From positions 1 to 47,832 of IMG/VR virus record IMGVR_UViG_3300048858_000036: a stretch of DNA of 47,832 nucleotides. One strand, given 5' to 3'. A program made the translations under genes and the position numbers. This document shows positions 18,982 through 27,701 of this stretch, piece by piece. The first letter of the stretch is position 1, and each line of letters starts with the position of its first letter. This DNA comes from a virus. Taxonomy: Duplodnaviria > Caudoviricetes. The notes beneath the pieces are model-generated. The model did not search any database and was not told where the DNA came from. It saw only the letters and a list, made by a program, of their open reading frames with translations.

Positions 18982-19307
18982 TTAGTCTCGGCCAGAGCCT
19001 TCTGTTCCGCTTCCAAGCGTTCGGCCTCCAAGCGCTCCGCTTCGAGACGTTCCGCTTCCAAGCGGTTGGCTTCTTCAGCAGCGGCCTTTTTCTCCGCCGG
19101 CGTAGCTGGCTTGCTTTCCTTTGGCTTGAGGATTTTGGGCTTCCCGTCACCGCCCACTTCAACTGCCAACTGTTTGCCGATCAGCGTGTGCGCGTACTCG
19201 TCATCGGCATCCTCAAACACCTGGCCGCGCGTAACTTTGGCCGATTCGACACCCTCACCAAGCAAGGCGGCGTTACCGACGAACCCCCACAGAGCTTTGA
19301 TCTTCAT
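18978..19307 (-). CDS. Hypothetical protein after major capsid with (RLEAE)x4 tail
   Basis: GGAGG RBS; overlap with connector gene. Confidence 0.8.
   Translation of the reverse strand: MKIKALWGFVGNAALLGEGVESAKVTRGQVFEDADDEYAHTLIGKQLAVEVGGDGKPKILKPKESKPATPAEKKAAAEEANRLEAERLEAERLEAERLEAEQKALAETK
19005..19064. repeat. 15-bp tandem repeat x4 encoding RLEAE
   Basis: TTCCGCTTCCAAGCG / TTCGGCCTCCAAGCG / CTCCGCTTCGAGACG / TTCCGCTTCCAAGCG. Confidence 0.9.
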
Positions 19308-19363
19308 GTTGCCTCCAGAAATGGAAAGGCCGGCGTGGTGCCGGCCTCTGCGGAAAATGTCAG

Positions 19364-20566
19364 TTACGCACCGGCTTTGAAGGTGCCCTTCACCAGAGCA
19401 TCCTTGCGGCGCACGCCCAGACCGAGACGCTCTTCCACCAGCAGCGCGATCTCGTTGCGGATGAACTGATCGTTGATCAGGCCCATCTTGAACTGGAAGC
19501 TCATGCGGTCGAACAGAGTGGTGGAGCGCGCGAAGTTCGCGACCAGGAACTCGCCGCCGGCGTCAGCGTCGCCTTCGTCCATGCTGTCCGAAGTGATCAC
19601 CGGACGGCCCCACAGGATCGGCGTGACCAGTCCTTGGAGGTTGGCGAACAGGTAACGGTTTTCGCCGTCCTTCTGCAGCTCGATGTTCATCCAGTCCAAT
19701 TCGGTCATAACGACACCGTCGGCGGACATCTTCGACTGCTTGCGGACCTGGTAGATCGCACGGCGAACCAGATCGATCGCGGTGTCGCCAGTCTTGCTTA
19801 GCGCGGTGTTGTAGTTGGTAGCCTGGGTCATCAAACCATTCAGGTTTTCGCCAGTGCCATCACCTTTCAGGATTTGCGCTTCTTCCTCGAGCTTGAGGTC
19901 GTAACGCAGCAACTGCTGCAGATAGGCGAACATCTGAGGCACGTCCGAGAGCACCTCGTCCGTGGCAGGCATCCAAACCGCGATCTTTTTCACCCGGTCA
20001 GTTTCGGTGGTGAAGGTGACATTGCTGGTCGGCTTTAGGCCGCCCTCAGCAACCGGCGCTGCACCGCGGGTGTGCAGGTTCTCGCGGAAGTAGGTGTAGC
20101 TCTGGCCGGAGACCGGGATCGTGGTCAGCAAATCGCGGATGCGCAACTCCTGCCGGATGCCAGGCTGGATCACCGGATCGTAGATCGGTGCAACCAGGCC
20201 CACGCTGGTGAGTTTCATTTCCTTCATTCCGGCCAGGTCGGATTTCTTGACCTCGATTTCAGCCTGACTTACCGACTTCTGCTTCAGCGACTTGTAATTC
20301 TCGTCGCCGCCGATCAGATCGATGAACGACTTACCCTCGCCCGGGCCGCCGCGCAGCTTGACGCCCTTCTGCTCCAGGTCCTGCACTTGGTCGATAACTT
20401 TCTGAAGGTCATCCTTCTGCTTCTGGATGTCTTTTTTCAGCTCGATAGCAACGGTGTTGCCCTTCTCGACTTCCGCGATCGCGGCGTCGTATTTGGTCTG
20501 CAGGCCCTGGAAGCCGGTCTTGAGTTGCAGCTCCAGGGAGTCCTTCAGTTCTTTCACTTCGCTCAT
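19364..20566 (-). CDS. Major capsid protein (HK97 fold)
   Basis: N-terminal coiled-coil delta domain, IRDLL, VAEGGLKP, ILKGDGTGENLNG, ILWGRPV and EERL motifs. Confidence 0.95.
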   Translation of the reverse strand: MSEVKELKDSLELQLKTGFQGLQTKYDAAIAEVEKGNTVAIELKKDIQKQKDDLQKVIDQVQDLEQKGVKLRGGPGEGKSFIDLIGGDENYKSLKQKSVSQAEIEVKKSDLAGMKEMKLTSVGLVAPIYDPVIQPGIRQELRIRDLLTTIPVSGQSYTYFRENLHTRGAAPVAEGGLKPTSNVTFTTETDRVKKIAVWMPATDEVLSDVPQMFAYLQQLLRYDLKLEEEAQILKGDGTGENLNGLMTQATNYNTALSKTGDTAIDLVRRAIYQVRKQSKMSADGVVMTELDWMNIELQKDGENRYLFANLQGLVTPILWGRPVITSDSMDEGDADAGGEFLVANFARSTTLFDRMSFQFKMGLINDQFIRNEIALLVEERLGLGVRRKDALVKGTFKAGA

Positions 20567-21204
20567 GGCGATACTCCAAAATGATGAGTAAACAAGGTGG
20601 AAAGGTCTTTCAGCTCTTCCACGATCGCCGTGGCCTCGCTGCCGCCATCACGGCGCAGCGCGGGGTAGCCGAGCGAAGCGACCGCCGCCGCTTCTTTCTG
20701 AGAAAGCCCCATGCGTTCGCGCAGGGCGTTCTCGAAAATTCGAATATCGGATTTGACTGTGAGCACCTGGGCCTCGGGGTTCATGCCAAACGGCACAAAC
20801 GAGGCCTCCCAGAGTTCGGCCTCCTTGATGACCCGAACGCGCCGGCCCGCGCGCTCTTCAAAATCCGCTTTGATGGTGTTGAAGCCGATCGACATGCTGT
20901 CGAGGATCTCGGACTTCATGAGTTCGTAGGCGTCGCGCGCGTAGCTGACTGCCAAGTTCACTTTGCCCTTCAGCAGCAACCCGTGATCGTCCTGGGTGTA
21001 GTCGGCCAGGCCGACCAAGCGGGTCAGGTCGTGGTAAAGGGCCAACTTCAGCTTGCCGCCGCGGGTCGTTTTCACTTTGGTGAAAGCGCCGGGAAGGATC
21101 ACGTCATCGCCGAGGTCAACGTTGTTGAAAACAGCGGCATAGCCTTCGAAATTACCGGCGTCGTCGACCGCCTTGAGCTCAAACGGGACTTCAAGCTTCG
21201 ACAT
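20563..21204 (-). CDS. Prohead protease (HK97 family)
   Basis: FEGYAAVF, LYHD, MSIGF and LWEASFVPFGMN motifs. Confidence 0.95.
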   Translation of the reverse strand: MSKLEVPFELKAVDDAGNFEGYAAVFNNVDLGDDVILPGAFTKVKTTRGGKLKLALYHDLTRLVGLADYTQDDHGLLLKGKVNLAVSYARDAYELMKSEILDSMSIGFNTIKADFEERAGRRVRVIKEAELWEASFVPFGMNPEAQVLTVKSDIRIFENALRERMGLSQKEAAAVASLGYPALRRDGGSEATAIVEELKDLSTLFTHHFGVSP

Positions 21205-22405
21205 TTTTTGTCATCTCCCACCGGGTGACCTGGTTGTATTCATCGCCTTCCAGCGGCATCTCGTTCTCTTTTTCTCGAACTTCGTTGATCGACATCCACC
21301 CAGAGCCGCCCGATCCGCCGAGGGCCGCCTGGTAATAGGAGGCGCGTCCAGCGCTGTCAGCGCGCAGCAGGCCTTCAACCTTGAATTCAACGAATCGGGA
21401 TTTTTTTCGATAGACCTTGTCGTTCAGCTCATCCTCAACGACATCGATATAGGGCTTGAGCCCGAAGGTGATGTAGCCGGTGAGTTGCTGCTCAAGGTTG
21501 GAGCCCATGATCGAGGTCTTGCCGGCCCGGTTGGCCAGCCAGAGCGGCACGCCGTAGATGCCGGCGAGTGCCTCTTCTTGGAACTGTTGTGATTCGATGA
21601 ACTGGGCGTCGCGCTGGCTCAGCCCCGCGGGCACGATCTTAGGATTGCCCTGCAGGATGGCCATCTTGCCGATGTCGTCGGCGTCCCCCTTACGCACGTC
21701 CGGGAACTTGGCCATGATCTGGGCTTCCTGCTGCTTGTTCAGGAAGTTTTCATAGATCACATAACCGCCAGTGAATCCGCCTTTGCGCATGAAGCGCGAC
21801 GACCACTGCTGGCCGGCCTTCGCCAGCCCCATCGTTTCTGCTTGGTACTCGATCGGGGAAAGCCCAACGATGCCGTCCAGGCTGAACAGCTTGAAATGCA
21901 GCATGTTCTCCGGTGAAACCGGGAATCTGTCGCTGTTCTTTGGCGTCACCCAGTACACCAGCTCGTCATCGGTATCGATCGACACCATGTCGAAGCTCAA
22001 CGGGACGAATCCAATCGCATCGCCGTTTCGATTGCGATCGATCAACGCAAACGCATTGCCCCGGAGCGCCATGTTCACGACGACGAACTTCAGGAAGTTC
22101 AACATCGTCATGTAAGGGTTTGGCTTTTTTAGCAGCTTCAAAGCGCTGTCACTGCCAGTGACCTGCTTGCGCCCCCCCTCCCCGTCGTCGAAAAGCTTCA
22201 GAGGAAGACCACTGAGCGATTCAGAAAGAATCTTCACGCAGGACCAGACCATGCTGATCGACAGCGCAGTCTTGGTCGTCACCTTCACGCCAGATTTTGT
22301 CGTCTTGCCGCCGACCTCCATGTCGAGCTCGACATAGTTGCCTGTCACTGGATCGGTGTAACCGAAGAAGTTCCAGGTGCTCGGGTTGTACCAACGAAAT
22401 GCCAT
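21191..22405 (-). CDS. Portal protein (HK97 family)
   Basis: LSGLPLKLF, PNPYMT, LRGNAF, GLSPI, LLRAD and SINEVR motifs. Confidence 0.95.
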   Translation of the reverse strand: MAFRWYNPSTWNFFGYTDPVTGNYVELDMEVGGKTTKSGVKVTTKTALSISMVWSCVKILSESLSGLPLKLFDDGEGGRKQVTGSDSALKLLKKPNPYMTMLNFLKFVVVNMALRGNAFALIDRNRNGDAIGFVPLSFDMVSIDTDDELVYWVTPKNSDRFPVSPENMLHFKLFSLDGIVGLSPIEYQAETMGLAKAGQQWSSRFMRKGGFTGGYVIYENFLNKQQEAQIMAKFPDVRKGDADDIGKMAILQGNPKIVPAGLSQRDAQFIESQQFQEEALAGIYGVPLWLANRAGKTSIMGSNLEQQLTGYITFGLKPYIDVVEDELNDKVYRKKSRFVEFKVEGLLRADSAGRASYYQAALGGSGGSGWMSINEVREKENEMPLEGDEYNQVTRWEMTKNVEA

Positions 22406-22407
22406 GG

Positions 22408-24087
22408 TCAGCCTACTAGTCCGAAAAATCCGTTATTGAGGTAGTCGTCCATGCCGCCCTTCGCTTCTGGGTTCATTGAAAGCAGCGAAACGGCGTTGAA
22501 CGTGGCCATGAGTGGATCGATTTTCGCGGTCCCCGAAGCCTGCTTGGTGATCAGGAAGGCGTTTGCCGAGGGCACTCCCTTGGCGTTGCCGCAGCTCCAG
22601 GCCATGAGCGGCTGTCCGCAATGCAGCAGCGCGCCCTCCGCAAGCTTGCGCTCCGTGGTTTTGATGGCCCCGGTGAGCTTCCAGCCTTGTGAAATACCGA
22701 TGATTTGGCTCTCTTCAATGCCGACATCGGCCAGTGCGTCGAGGACTGCGCCGATCCCGGCCGGGTCGAGACCGACCTTGTCCAGCAGGCCGGCCTGATT
22801 GATCCGGGCGACGATGGAAGCAAGGTGCTCGACGTCATCACCGATCTTTTCAACAAGCGTGAGATCGCCGACCGCGGCCAGATCCTTCAGCCGCGGTGCT
22901 TCGGATTTTCGACGTTCAAGAACAGAGGGGTGCGCGTATGCGTGGGCCCAGTGCAGCCAAGTGCGCGAGTCGCGAACCCGGCCCATCACCGCCAGCCCGA
23001 GCAAGTCATCCAGGCCCCCGCCGTCGACACCGACCTCGACGACTTCGCACTGCTCGAGCAACGAATCCAGCGTGAGCCCCGCCAGTGCCTGCGGCTCCCA
23101 GAAGTCAGCACCCACCCAGCTGTCGGACATCAGCGCGAGGCCGATCTCGATGTTCAGGAACTTGGCGAGAAAGCCTCGAATCTCGGCCTCGCCGTCCATT
23201 TCGGCCTGCATAAACAGCCGTTCAAGGGTCGGTCTGTCCACCGAGTACCCCATATTGGGGTTCACCAGGTGGAAGTTCTCAGGGCGGCGCGCCTCGCCGC
23301 TCTTGATCATGTCCTGTGGGAATTCGTAGATGACGGCCAAGAAGCGTGGATCGTTGATCCGGCCATCACGTACGCCCCGGGCGTAACTCAGTTTCGACTT
23401 GAAAATGCCCGCCGGCGGCTCGTTTGATTGAGTCGTCAGCCAGATAATGAAACCTTCTGGTCGGGACAGCAGCCCGCCGGTGGCTTCTCGGATCATGTCG
23501 GGCGCCTTGACGTTCTTGCCGAACAGCCAGGCTTCATCGATCAGCACGCCGACTGCTTTCTTACCACCGACCACGTCGCTGTCGGCCGCCACCACCTTCA
23601 GCGTGGCGCCCGTCTCGCGGTGAGTGATCAGCTTAAGGTGGGGCTGGACGTGAAGCAGCGCGCTGAGCTCCTCGTCATGCTTGACCATCGAGGCGCACGG
23701 CTTGAACGAGTTGTCGGCAATCTCCTTGGTCGGCGCCAGGATGATGAACTCAGCTTCGAGGCGCCAATTCCGGATCAAAGCGGTCAGCATGATTGCGGCC
23801 GCGATTGTCGACTTCGAATTCTTCTTCGGGATGCAGAGGAAATATTCGCTGATCAACCTGACGCCGGTCGCGCTGTCGTAACTGCCAAAGATGGCGCTGG
23901 CAAAGTCGAGCACCCATGTCGCGCACGCGGTTTCAATCGTTGGCGCACCAGGTGCGTCGACAATCTTCAATGCCCGGAAAACTTCGAGGCCTTCCTCGGC
24001 CTCAGATGGGAACAACGGTGCGGGAATGATGGATTCTTGCGCAGAGAGGCGCCGCCACCAGTCCGGGCAGGCAGTTGTCCATTGCAT
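22408..24087 (-). CDS. terL: Terminase large subunit
   Basis: Walker A IPKKNSKS, Walker B LIDE, nuclease GVDGG...DD and KIDPLMA. Confidence 0.95.
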   Translation of the reverse strand: MQWTTACPDWWRRLSAQESIIPAPLFPSEAEEGLEVFRALKIVDAPGAPTIETACATWVLDFASAIFGSYDSATGVRLISEYFLCIPKKNSKSTIAAAIMLTALIRNWRLEAEFIILAPTKEIADNSFKPCASMVKHDEELSALLHVQPHLKLITHRETGATLKVVAADSDVVGGKKAVGVLIDEAWLFGKNVKAPDMIREATGGLLSRPEGFIIWLTTQSNEPPAGIFKSKLSYARGVRDGRINDPRFLAVIYEFPQDMIKSGEARRPENFHLVNPNMGYSVDRPTLERLFMQAEMDGEAEIRGFLAKFLNIEIGLALMSDSWVGADFWEPQALAGLTLDSLLEQCEVVEVGVDGGGLDDLLGLAVMGRVRDSRTWLHWAHAYAHPSVLERRKSEAPRLKDLAAVGDLTLVEKIGDDVEHLASIVARINQAGLLDKVGLDPAGIGAVLDALADVGIEESQIIGISQGWKLTGAIKTTERKLAEGALLHCGQPLMAWSCGNAKGVPSANAFLITKQASGTAKIDPLMATFNAVSLLSMNPEAKGGMDDYLNNGFFGLVG

Positions 24088-24090
24088 GGG

Positions 24091-24579
24091 CTACCTCGGC
24101 ACGACGGAGAGTGGCGGTTTCCCTGCCGAATACCGGCCCTTGCCAGCTTCTTTCGCCGCCTCGGCCTTCTGTTCTTTCTTGCCGGCGTCGCCTTTTTTGC
24201 CGTGTACGTACGGCACAGCGGTCTGGGCGGCGTTGCGACGGTCGAAAACTTTCGCCTTCGGCTCATTCATCAGAGCCAGCAACCACACCAAAGGGTCTTC
24301 GGTGTCGGGCAAGCAGTCGAGGTACTCGCCGCTCGCCTCTTCGGCTTCAGGGCTCTGGTCGTCGGGCTCGGCGCGCTGTTTACGTTTGCGCTCAGGGTTA
24401 ACACTCAGCTCCTGGCGCTTTGCCAGAATTGCCGCTGCTATTTTGGGGTCATTCGCCCATCTGGAACCGGCAGCAGATGCCGTCGAGGCCTTGCATCCTG
24501 CGGCTTCCGCTGCTTCTTTGTTTGACGCGCCTCGGGCTTTCGCGTCAACAAACTGTTGTTGCTTGTCTGTTAACACCAT
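24091..24579 (-). CDS. terS: Terminase small subunit
   Basis: LTDKQQQF...AAEAAG HTH start; immediately upstream of terL. Confidence 0.85.
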   Translation of the reverse strand: MVLTDKQQQFVDAKARGASNKEAAEAAGCKASTASAAGSRWANDPKIAAAILAKRQELSVNPERKRKQRAEPDDQSPEAEEASGEYLDCLPDTEDPLVWLLALMNEPKAKVFDRRNAAQTAVPYVHGKKGDAGKKEQKAEAAKEAGKGRYSAGKPPLSVVPR

Positions 24580-24739
24580 TAACAAAAAACCTCGGGGTCG
24601 GGATAAAAAGTGTGAATGCGATCGGGCGCGGTCTGGAAGGGAGTGACTCCCTATATTTGGATCCCCCCCCTCATAGGCGGACCCTATCAGCACCATTTTG
24701 GTGCATTAAATGAGAATTTATCGCATTAAGCCAGATAAG
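24580..24739. other. Probable cos packaging region; candidate cohesive end near 24620-24633
   Basis: Non-coding gap between HNH and terS, where HK97-like phages keep cos; GC-rich GACCGCGCCCGATC on the minus strand. Exact cut not determinable. Confidence 0.5.
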
Positions 24740-25081
24740 TCAGGCATATCGGGCTGCGTCTGCCTCTTCGGCCTTCTTGACCGAGTCATGGCAGGTCTTG
24801 CACAGGGTCTGCCAGTTGGACCGAGTCCAGAACAGCGTCATGTCGCCACGATGCGGGACAATGTGGTCAACGACTGTGCCTGAGGTCACGCGGCCCTCTC
24901 GCTCGCAGTAGGCGCAGAGCGGGTGAGCGTTGAGCCATCCCTCGCGAGCCTTCTGCCACTTGTAGCCGTAGCCACGCTGGTGTGCTGTGGTCTTGGTCGC
25001 GCGCCATGAGTCAGTGCTTACGCTGGCCAGCCGATCAGACTGAGTCTTGACCCTGCTGCCCAGCGTCTTGAGCCGTGCCAT
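24740..25081 (-). CDS. HNH endonuclease (terminase-associated, HK97 gp74-like)
   Basis: PLCAYC, VVDHIVPH and NWQTLCKTCH motifs. Confidence 0.93.
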   Translation of the reverse strand: MARLKTLGSRVKTQSDRLASVSTDSWRATKTTAHQRGYGYKWQKAREGWLNAHPLCAYCEREGRVTSGTVVDHIVPHRGDMTLFWTRSNWQTLCKTCHDSVKKAEEADAARYA

Positions 25082-25418
25082 CTGATACCTCCTGCTGCTT
25101 GATCACCGGCACGTATCGACGTACTCGGTCGCCTACTGCTGTGACCTCTAGCAACTGATCATCAGGACTGAGAAGCTCGTCCGTCTCAACCACCATCACC
25201 TCGGCAGTGATGGCCTCGAGGTGGTGCGGCATCACTGTAATGGTCGCCTTCCACACACCACCTGGCTCTGCCGTCATGGTGATGGACGTGATGCCTGTCA
25301 GCTCACTGCCGTCGCTCAGCATCACCCGCGTGCCCATTGTCGGCAGCGGGCTGTTCGGGTTCAGGCTGGCCGCCGGGATGATCGTCGCCACGCTGACGCA
25401 ACTGGTTGATTCGCTCAC
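25035..25418 (-). CDS. Hypothetical phage protein
   Basis: GAGG RBS, GTG start, in late operon orientation. Confidence 0.65.
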   Translation of the reverse strand: MSESTSCVSVATIIPAASLNPNSPLPTMGTRVMLSDGSELTGITSITMTAEPGGVWKATITVMPHHLEAITAEVMVVETDELLSPDDQLLEVTAVGDRVRRYVPVIKQQEVSDGTAQDAGQQGQDSV

Positions 25419-25478
25419 TGGCGATCCTCATGAACTTCAGGGCTCGATTGCGTACGGCTGCACACGTTGAGCAGGCCA

Positions 25479-25826
25479 TCAGGCCGACGCATCCTGACCC
25501 TTCGAGACGCCGGAGGCACGCTCGTAGAATGCGGATCTTGCGGCGTCATCAGTGCGCAACTCACCACTACCTATTTGCTCAGAGTCCTGCCCGGCTGGTC
25601 CGGCAACAGGTTTCTTGATGAGCAACACGTCGGAACCACCTTCGAGCATTACGAACTTGCAGCCAAACTCGGTGAAGAGTGGCTTGATACTCGCCTCGAC
25701 GGCGGCGCGTTGCGCGGAACTGAGGAAGCTCTCCACCTTCAGCACAACCAGATCACCAGGTGCAGGATGCAGGATGTTCGCGCTGACGTTTACGCCGAGC
25801 TTTACGGATAGGTCTTCGATGTTCAT
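25479..25826 (-). CDS. Hypothetical phage protein
   Basis: 115-aa ORF in late operon orientation with alpha/beta pattern. Confidence 0.65.
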   Translation of the reverse strand: MNIEDLSVKLGVNVSANILHPAPGDLVVLKVESFLSSAQRAAVEASIKPLFTEFGCKFVMLEGGSDVLLIKKPVAGPAGQDSEQIGSGELRTDDAARSAFYERASGVSKGQDASA

Positions 25827-25956
25827 GGGATCTACTCAACTGTGCAGGTCGGCCACTTACATCGCGCGAATGCCAAGGCACCGGCGTGGTCGTGGTCTTC
25901 CGGCATGATCATTGGGAATGGTTTGAACCCGGGCACTGAGACGTACCAGGACTTCC

Positions 25957-26169
25957 TCAATTGGCCGGCGCCTGATACTCGGTGTCACGGAACTCAATGT
26001 GCGGGTACTGCACGCGGAATGTAGCGCTGGCCCCGCACGAGCAAAGGTGCGGGTACTGCGGTGGATTCGACATCAGCATTACGCCGGTCGGGCGCATAAC
26101 GCCCGCATTGCACGAGTCGCACATATAGTCGACCTGGTGGGCGAACATGGCCTTGGATTGAATGCCCAT
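25957..26169 (-). CDS. Small zinc-ribbon protein
   Basis: CDSC...CSCG motifs; GAGG RBS before MGIQSK. Confidence 0.65.
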   Translation of the reverse strand: MGIQSKAMFAHQVDYMCDSCNAGVMRPTGVMLMSNPPQYPHLCSCGASATFRVQYPHIEFRDTEYQAPAN

Positions 26170-26281
26170 AGCAACCTCGTCTCGCGCCACGAAACGGGCG
26201 CGCCTGAATTTGTGGCGCGGCTTACTTACTCGCGCTGCGACTGATGCGTCCATATCTGGACGCATCTCCGAAGAGCTCGGC

Positions 26282-26551
26282 TTACTTGCTCTGGCTGCGC
26301 AGGATCTGCGCATCGACCTGGTCAGCGCACGTGTCGAGCAGCTTGATGGCCTGATCCTTGAGCTCCCACACGTCGCCGTTGTCACGCAGATCGGTATCGT
26401 CTGCGTTGACGCGCTCGCAGGGGATCAGCTCAGGGGCTTCCAGCCTTATTGCCGTGGTCTTTGTTACCACTTGCGGCTTTGCCGCGCAGGCCGTCAGGCA
26501 AAGGCTGAGCAGCCCAATCACGAACAGGTTTGCTGTTGCGCTTGAGATCAT
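26282..26551 (-). CDS. Outer-membrane spanin (Rz1-like lipoprotein)
   Basis: Lipobox LTA-C; overlaps the 3' end of the i-spanin gene in another frame. Confidence 0.82.
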   Translation of the reverse strand: MISSATANLFVIGLLSLCLTACAAKPQVVTKTTAIRLEAPELIPCERVNADDTDLRDNGDVWELKDQAIKLLDTCADQVDAQILRSQSK

Positions 26552-26816
26552 CGAAATCCTTCTTGGCCTTTTTGGCCTTGTCTTCGCTGGCTTTGATGCG
26601 CTTGGTCAGGTCAGCGGTGTAATCCGCATTCCGTTTCGCTTCGGCGCGCAGCGTGGTGATCGTGGCCTGGCTTTCGAGGTTGGCCGCCAAAGCGTCGGTC
26701 TTGGCTTTGGTCTCGACAGACATCTCACCGCGTAGAGCGACAACGCGGTACTGCTGAAGGCCGATAAGAAGGATGCCCACCAAAGCGATGATGAATGCCG
26801 TTGCGAATGCCTTCAT
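26430..26816 (-). CDS. Inner-membrane spanin (Rz-like)
   Basis: N-terminal TM helix, coiled coil and VRDWAAQPLPD motif; ATGA overlap with holin. Confidence 0.85.
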   Translation of the reverse strand: MKAFATAFIIALVGILLIGLQQYRVVALRGEMSVETKAKTDALAANLESQATITTLRAEAKRNADYTADLTKRIKASEDKAKKAKKDFDDLKRNSKPVRDWAAQPLPDGLRGKAASGNKDHGNKAGSP

Positions 26817-27139
26817 GCTGAATCCGCCTTGCGTCCGAGGAACCTGATGATCAGCTCGCGGATTGCTGTCACGCCGATGAATCCGATGGTGCCGCCGGCG
26901 GCTACGGACAGGCTCGACGGCCAGGCCATCCATTCGATGACGCTGCTGGCTGACAAGCTCAATGCGCCGCAAATCAGCGCCTCAAGCACGACGCGCCATT
27001 TGTTGGCCTCTTTGCCTTCATAGAGCACGCGCAATAACGAGATCGTTGCGGCCATGATCGCTCCTTGCCAGAGCGGCGTCGTGATGATCAGCCAGACGTG
27101 CGCCCAGAAGTCAGGTGTTTTTTCCGGCATCGTCGACAT
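26813..27139 (-). CDS. Holin, lambda family
   Basis: MSTMPEK start, three hydrophobic segments, LEALICG, IGFIGV, basic C-terminus. Confidence 0.9.
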   Translation of the reverse strand: MSTMPEKTPDFWAHVWLIITTPLWQGAIMAATISLLRVLYEGKEANKWRVVLEALICGALSLSASSVIEWMAWPSSLSVAAGGTIGFIGVTAIRELIIRFLGRKADSA

Positions 27140-27171
27140 CCGACAGTCCACCCTTACGGGATCGGCATATG

Positions 27172-27197
27172 AAAAAGCCCCGGCAAATGCCGAGGCT
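27172..27197 (-). terminator. Terminator upstream of the holin gene
   Basis: Minus strand AGCCTCGGC-ATTT-GCCGGGGCT followed by TTTT. Confidence 0.75.
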
Positions 27198-27205
27198 CGA
27201 ATTAG

Positions 27206-27352
27206 GTGATGTCTTTCCATCAGTCCGCCAAAGCCGCCCCCAGCACACTCGAGGTAAAGGGTCCAATGACTGCCGGTGTTTTTCCGTACGCCGCACTGCC
27301 GGCTAATCGACGTCCAGGCCTTTCCCAAAGGAACCACCCTGGCTATGGCGTC
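27206..27352 (-). ncRNA. Putative structured RNA in the late leader
   Basis: Consecutive stems at 27309-27352 and 27272-27303, plus 27268-27272 pairing with 27221-27225; no convincing ORF. Confidence 0.4.
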
Positions 27353-27374
27353 CTGCACACACAAAATAATCATT

Positions 27375-27413
27375 CATCATAAGTGTTGCATTCACACACT
27401 TATGATGCATAAT
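27375..27413 (+). promoter_or_regulatory. hicAB promoter/operator
   Basis: Perfect 12-bp inverted repeat CATCATAAGTGT-N9-ACACTTATGATG overlapping TTGCAT (-35) and adjacent to CATAAT (-10). Confidence 0.75.
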
Positions 27414-27444
27414 GAGCCCATCAGCAAAACAAATAGGAGGGCTG

Positions 27445-27627
27445 ATGAGTTGTAACGAGTTCAGGAGGTGGCTGCTAGCCCAAGGCGTAGAGATAGCGAA
27501 GCAACGCAAGAAACACTTCAAGCTCTACTACAACGGCAAGCAAACAGTTCTTCCAGACCACGGAGCCAAGGAAATAGGCGAAGGGCTCAGGAAGGCAATT
27601 ATCAAACAACTGGGCCTCAAGGATTGA
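27445..27627 (+). CDS. hicA: HicA-family mRNA interferase toxin
   Basis: EFRRWL, KHFKL, PDHGAKEIGEGLRKAIIKQLGL; AGGAGG RBS before ATG 27445. Confidence 0.92.
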   Translation: MSCNEFRRWLLAQGVEIAKQRKKHFKLYYNGKQTVLPDHGAKEIGEGLRKAIIKQLGLKD

Positions 27628-27701
27628 GGCTCTACCCTTTGAACCGTATTCATCAGCCGTACAAGAAACAACATCGACTCGACGTCACAGGAATATCCAA
27701 T

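Noticed and set aside
23428-24525. 365-aa plus-strand ORF
   Set aside because: Antisense to terL/terS with no motifs.
27206-27230. CTGATG...GAAA on the minus strand resembling a hammerhead core
   Set aside because: The sequence is CUGAUGG followed immediately by AAA, with no stem II between the conserved blocks and no CUGANGA match.
27468-27701. 78-codon N-terminal extension of hicB overlapping hicA
   Set aside because: HicB homology begins at MKYAV (27702), which has AGGA upstream; the extension reads as out-of-frame hicA.
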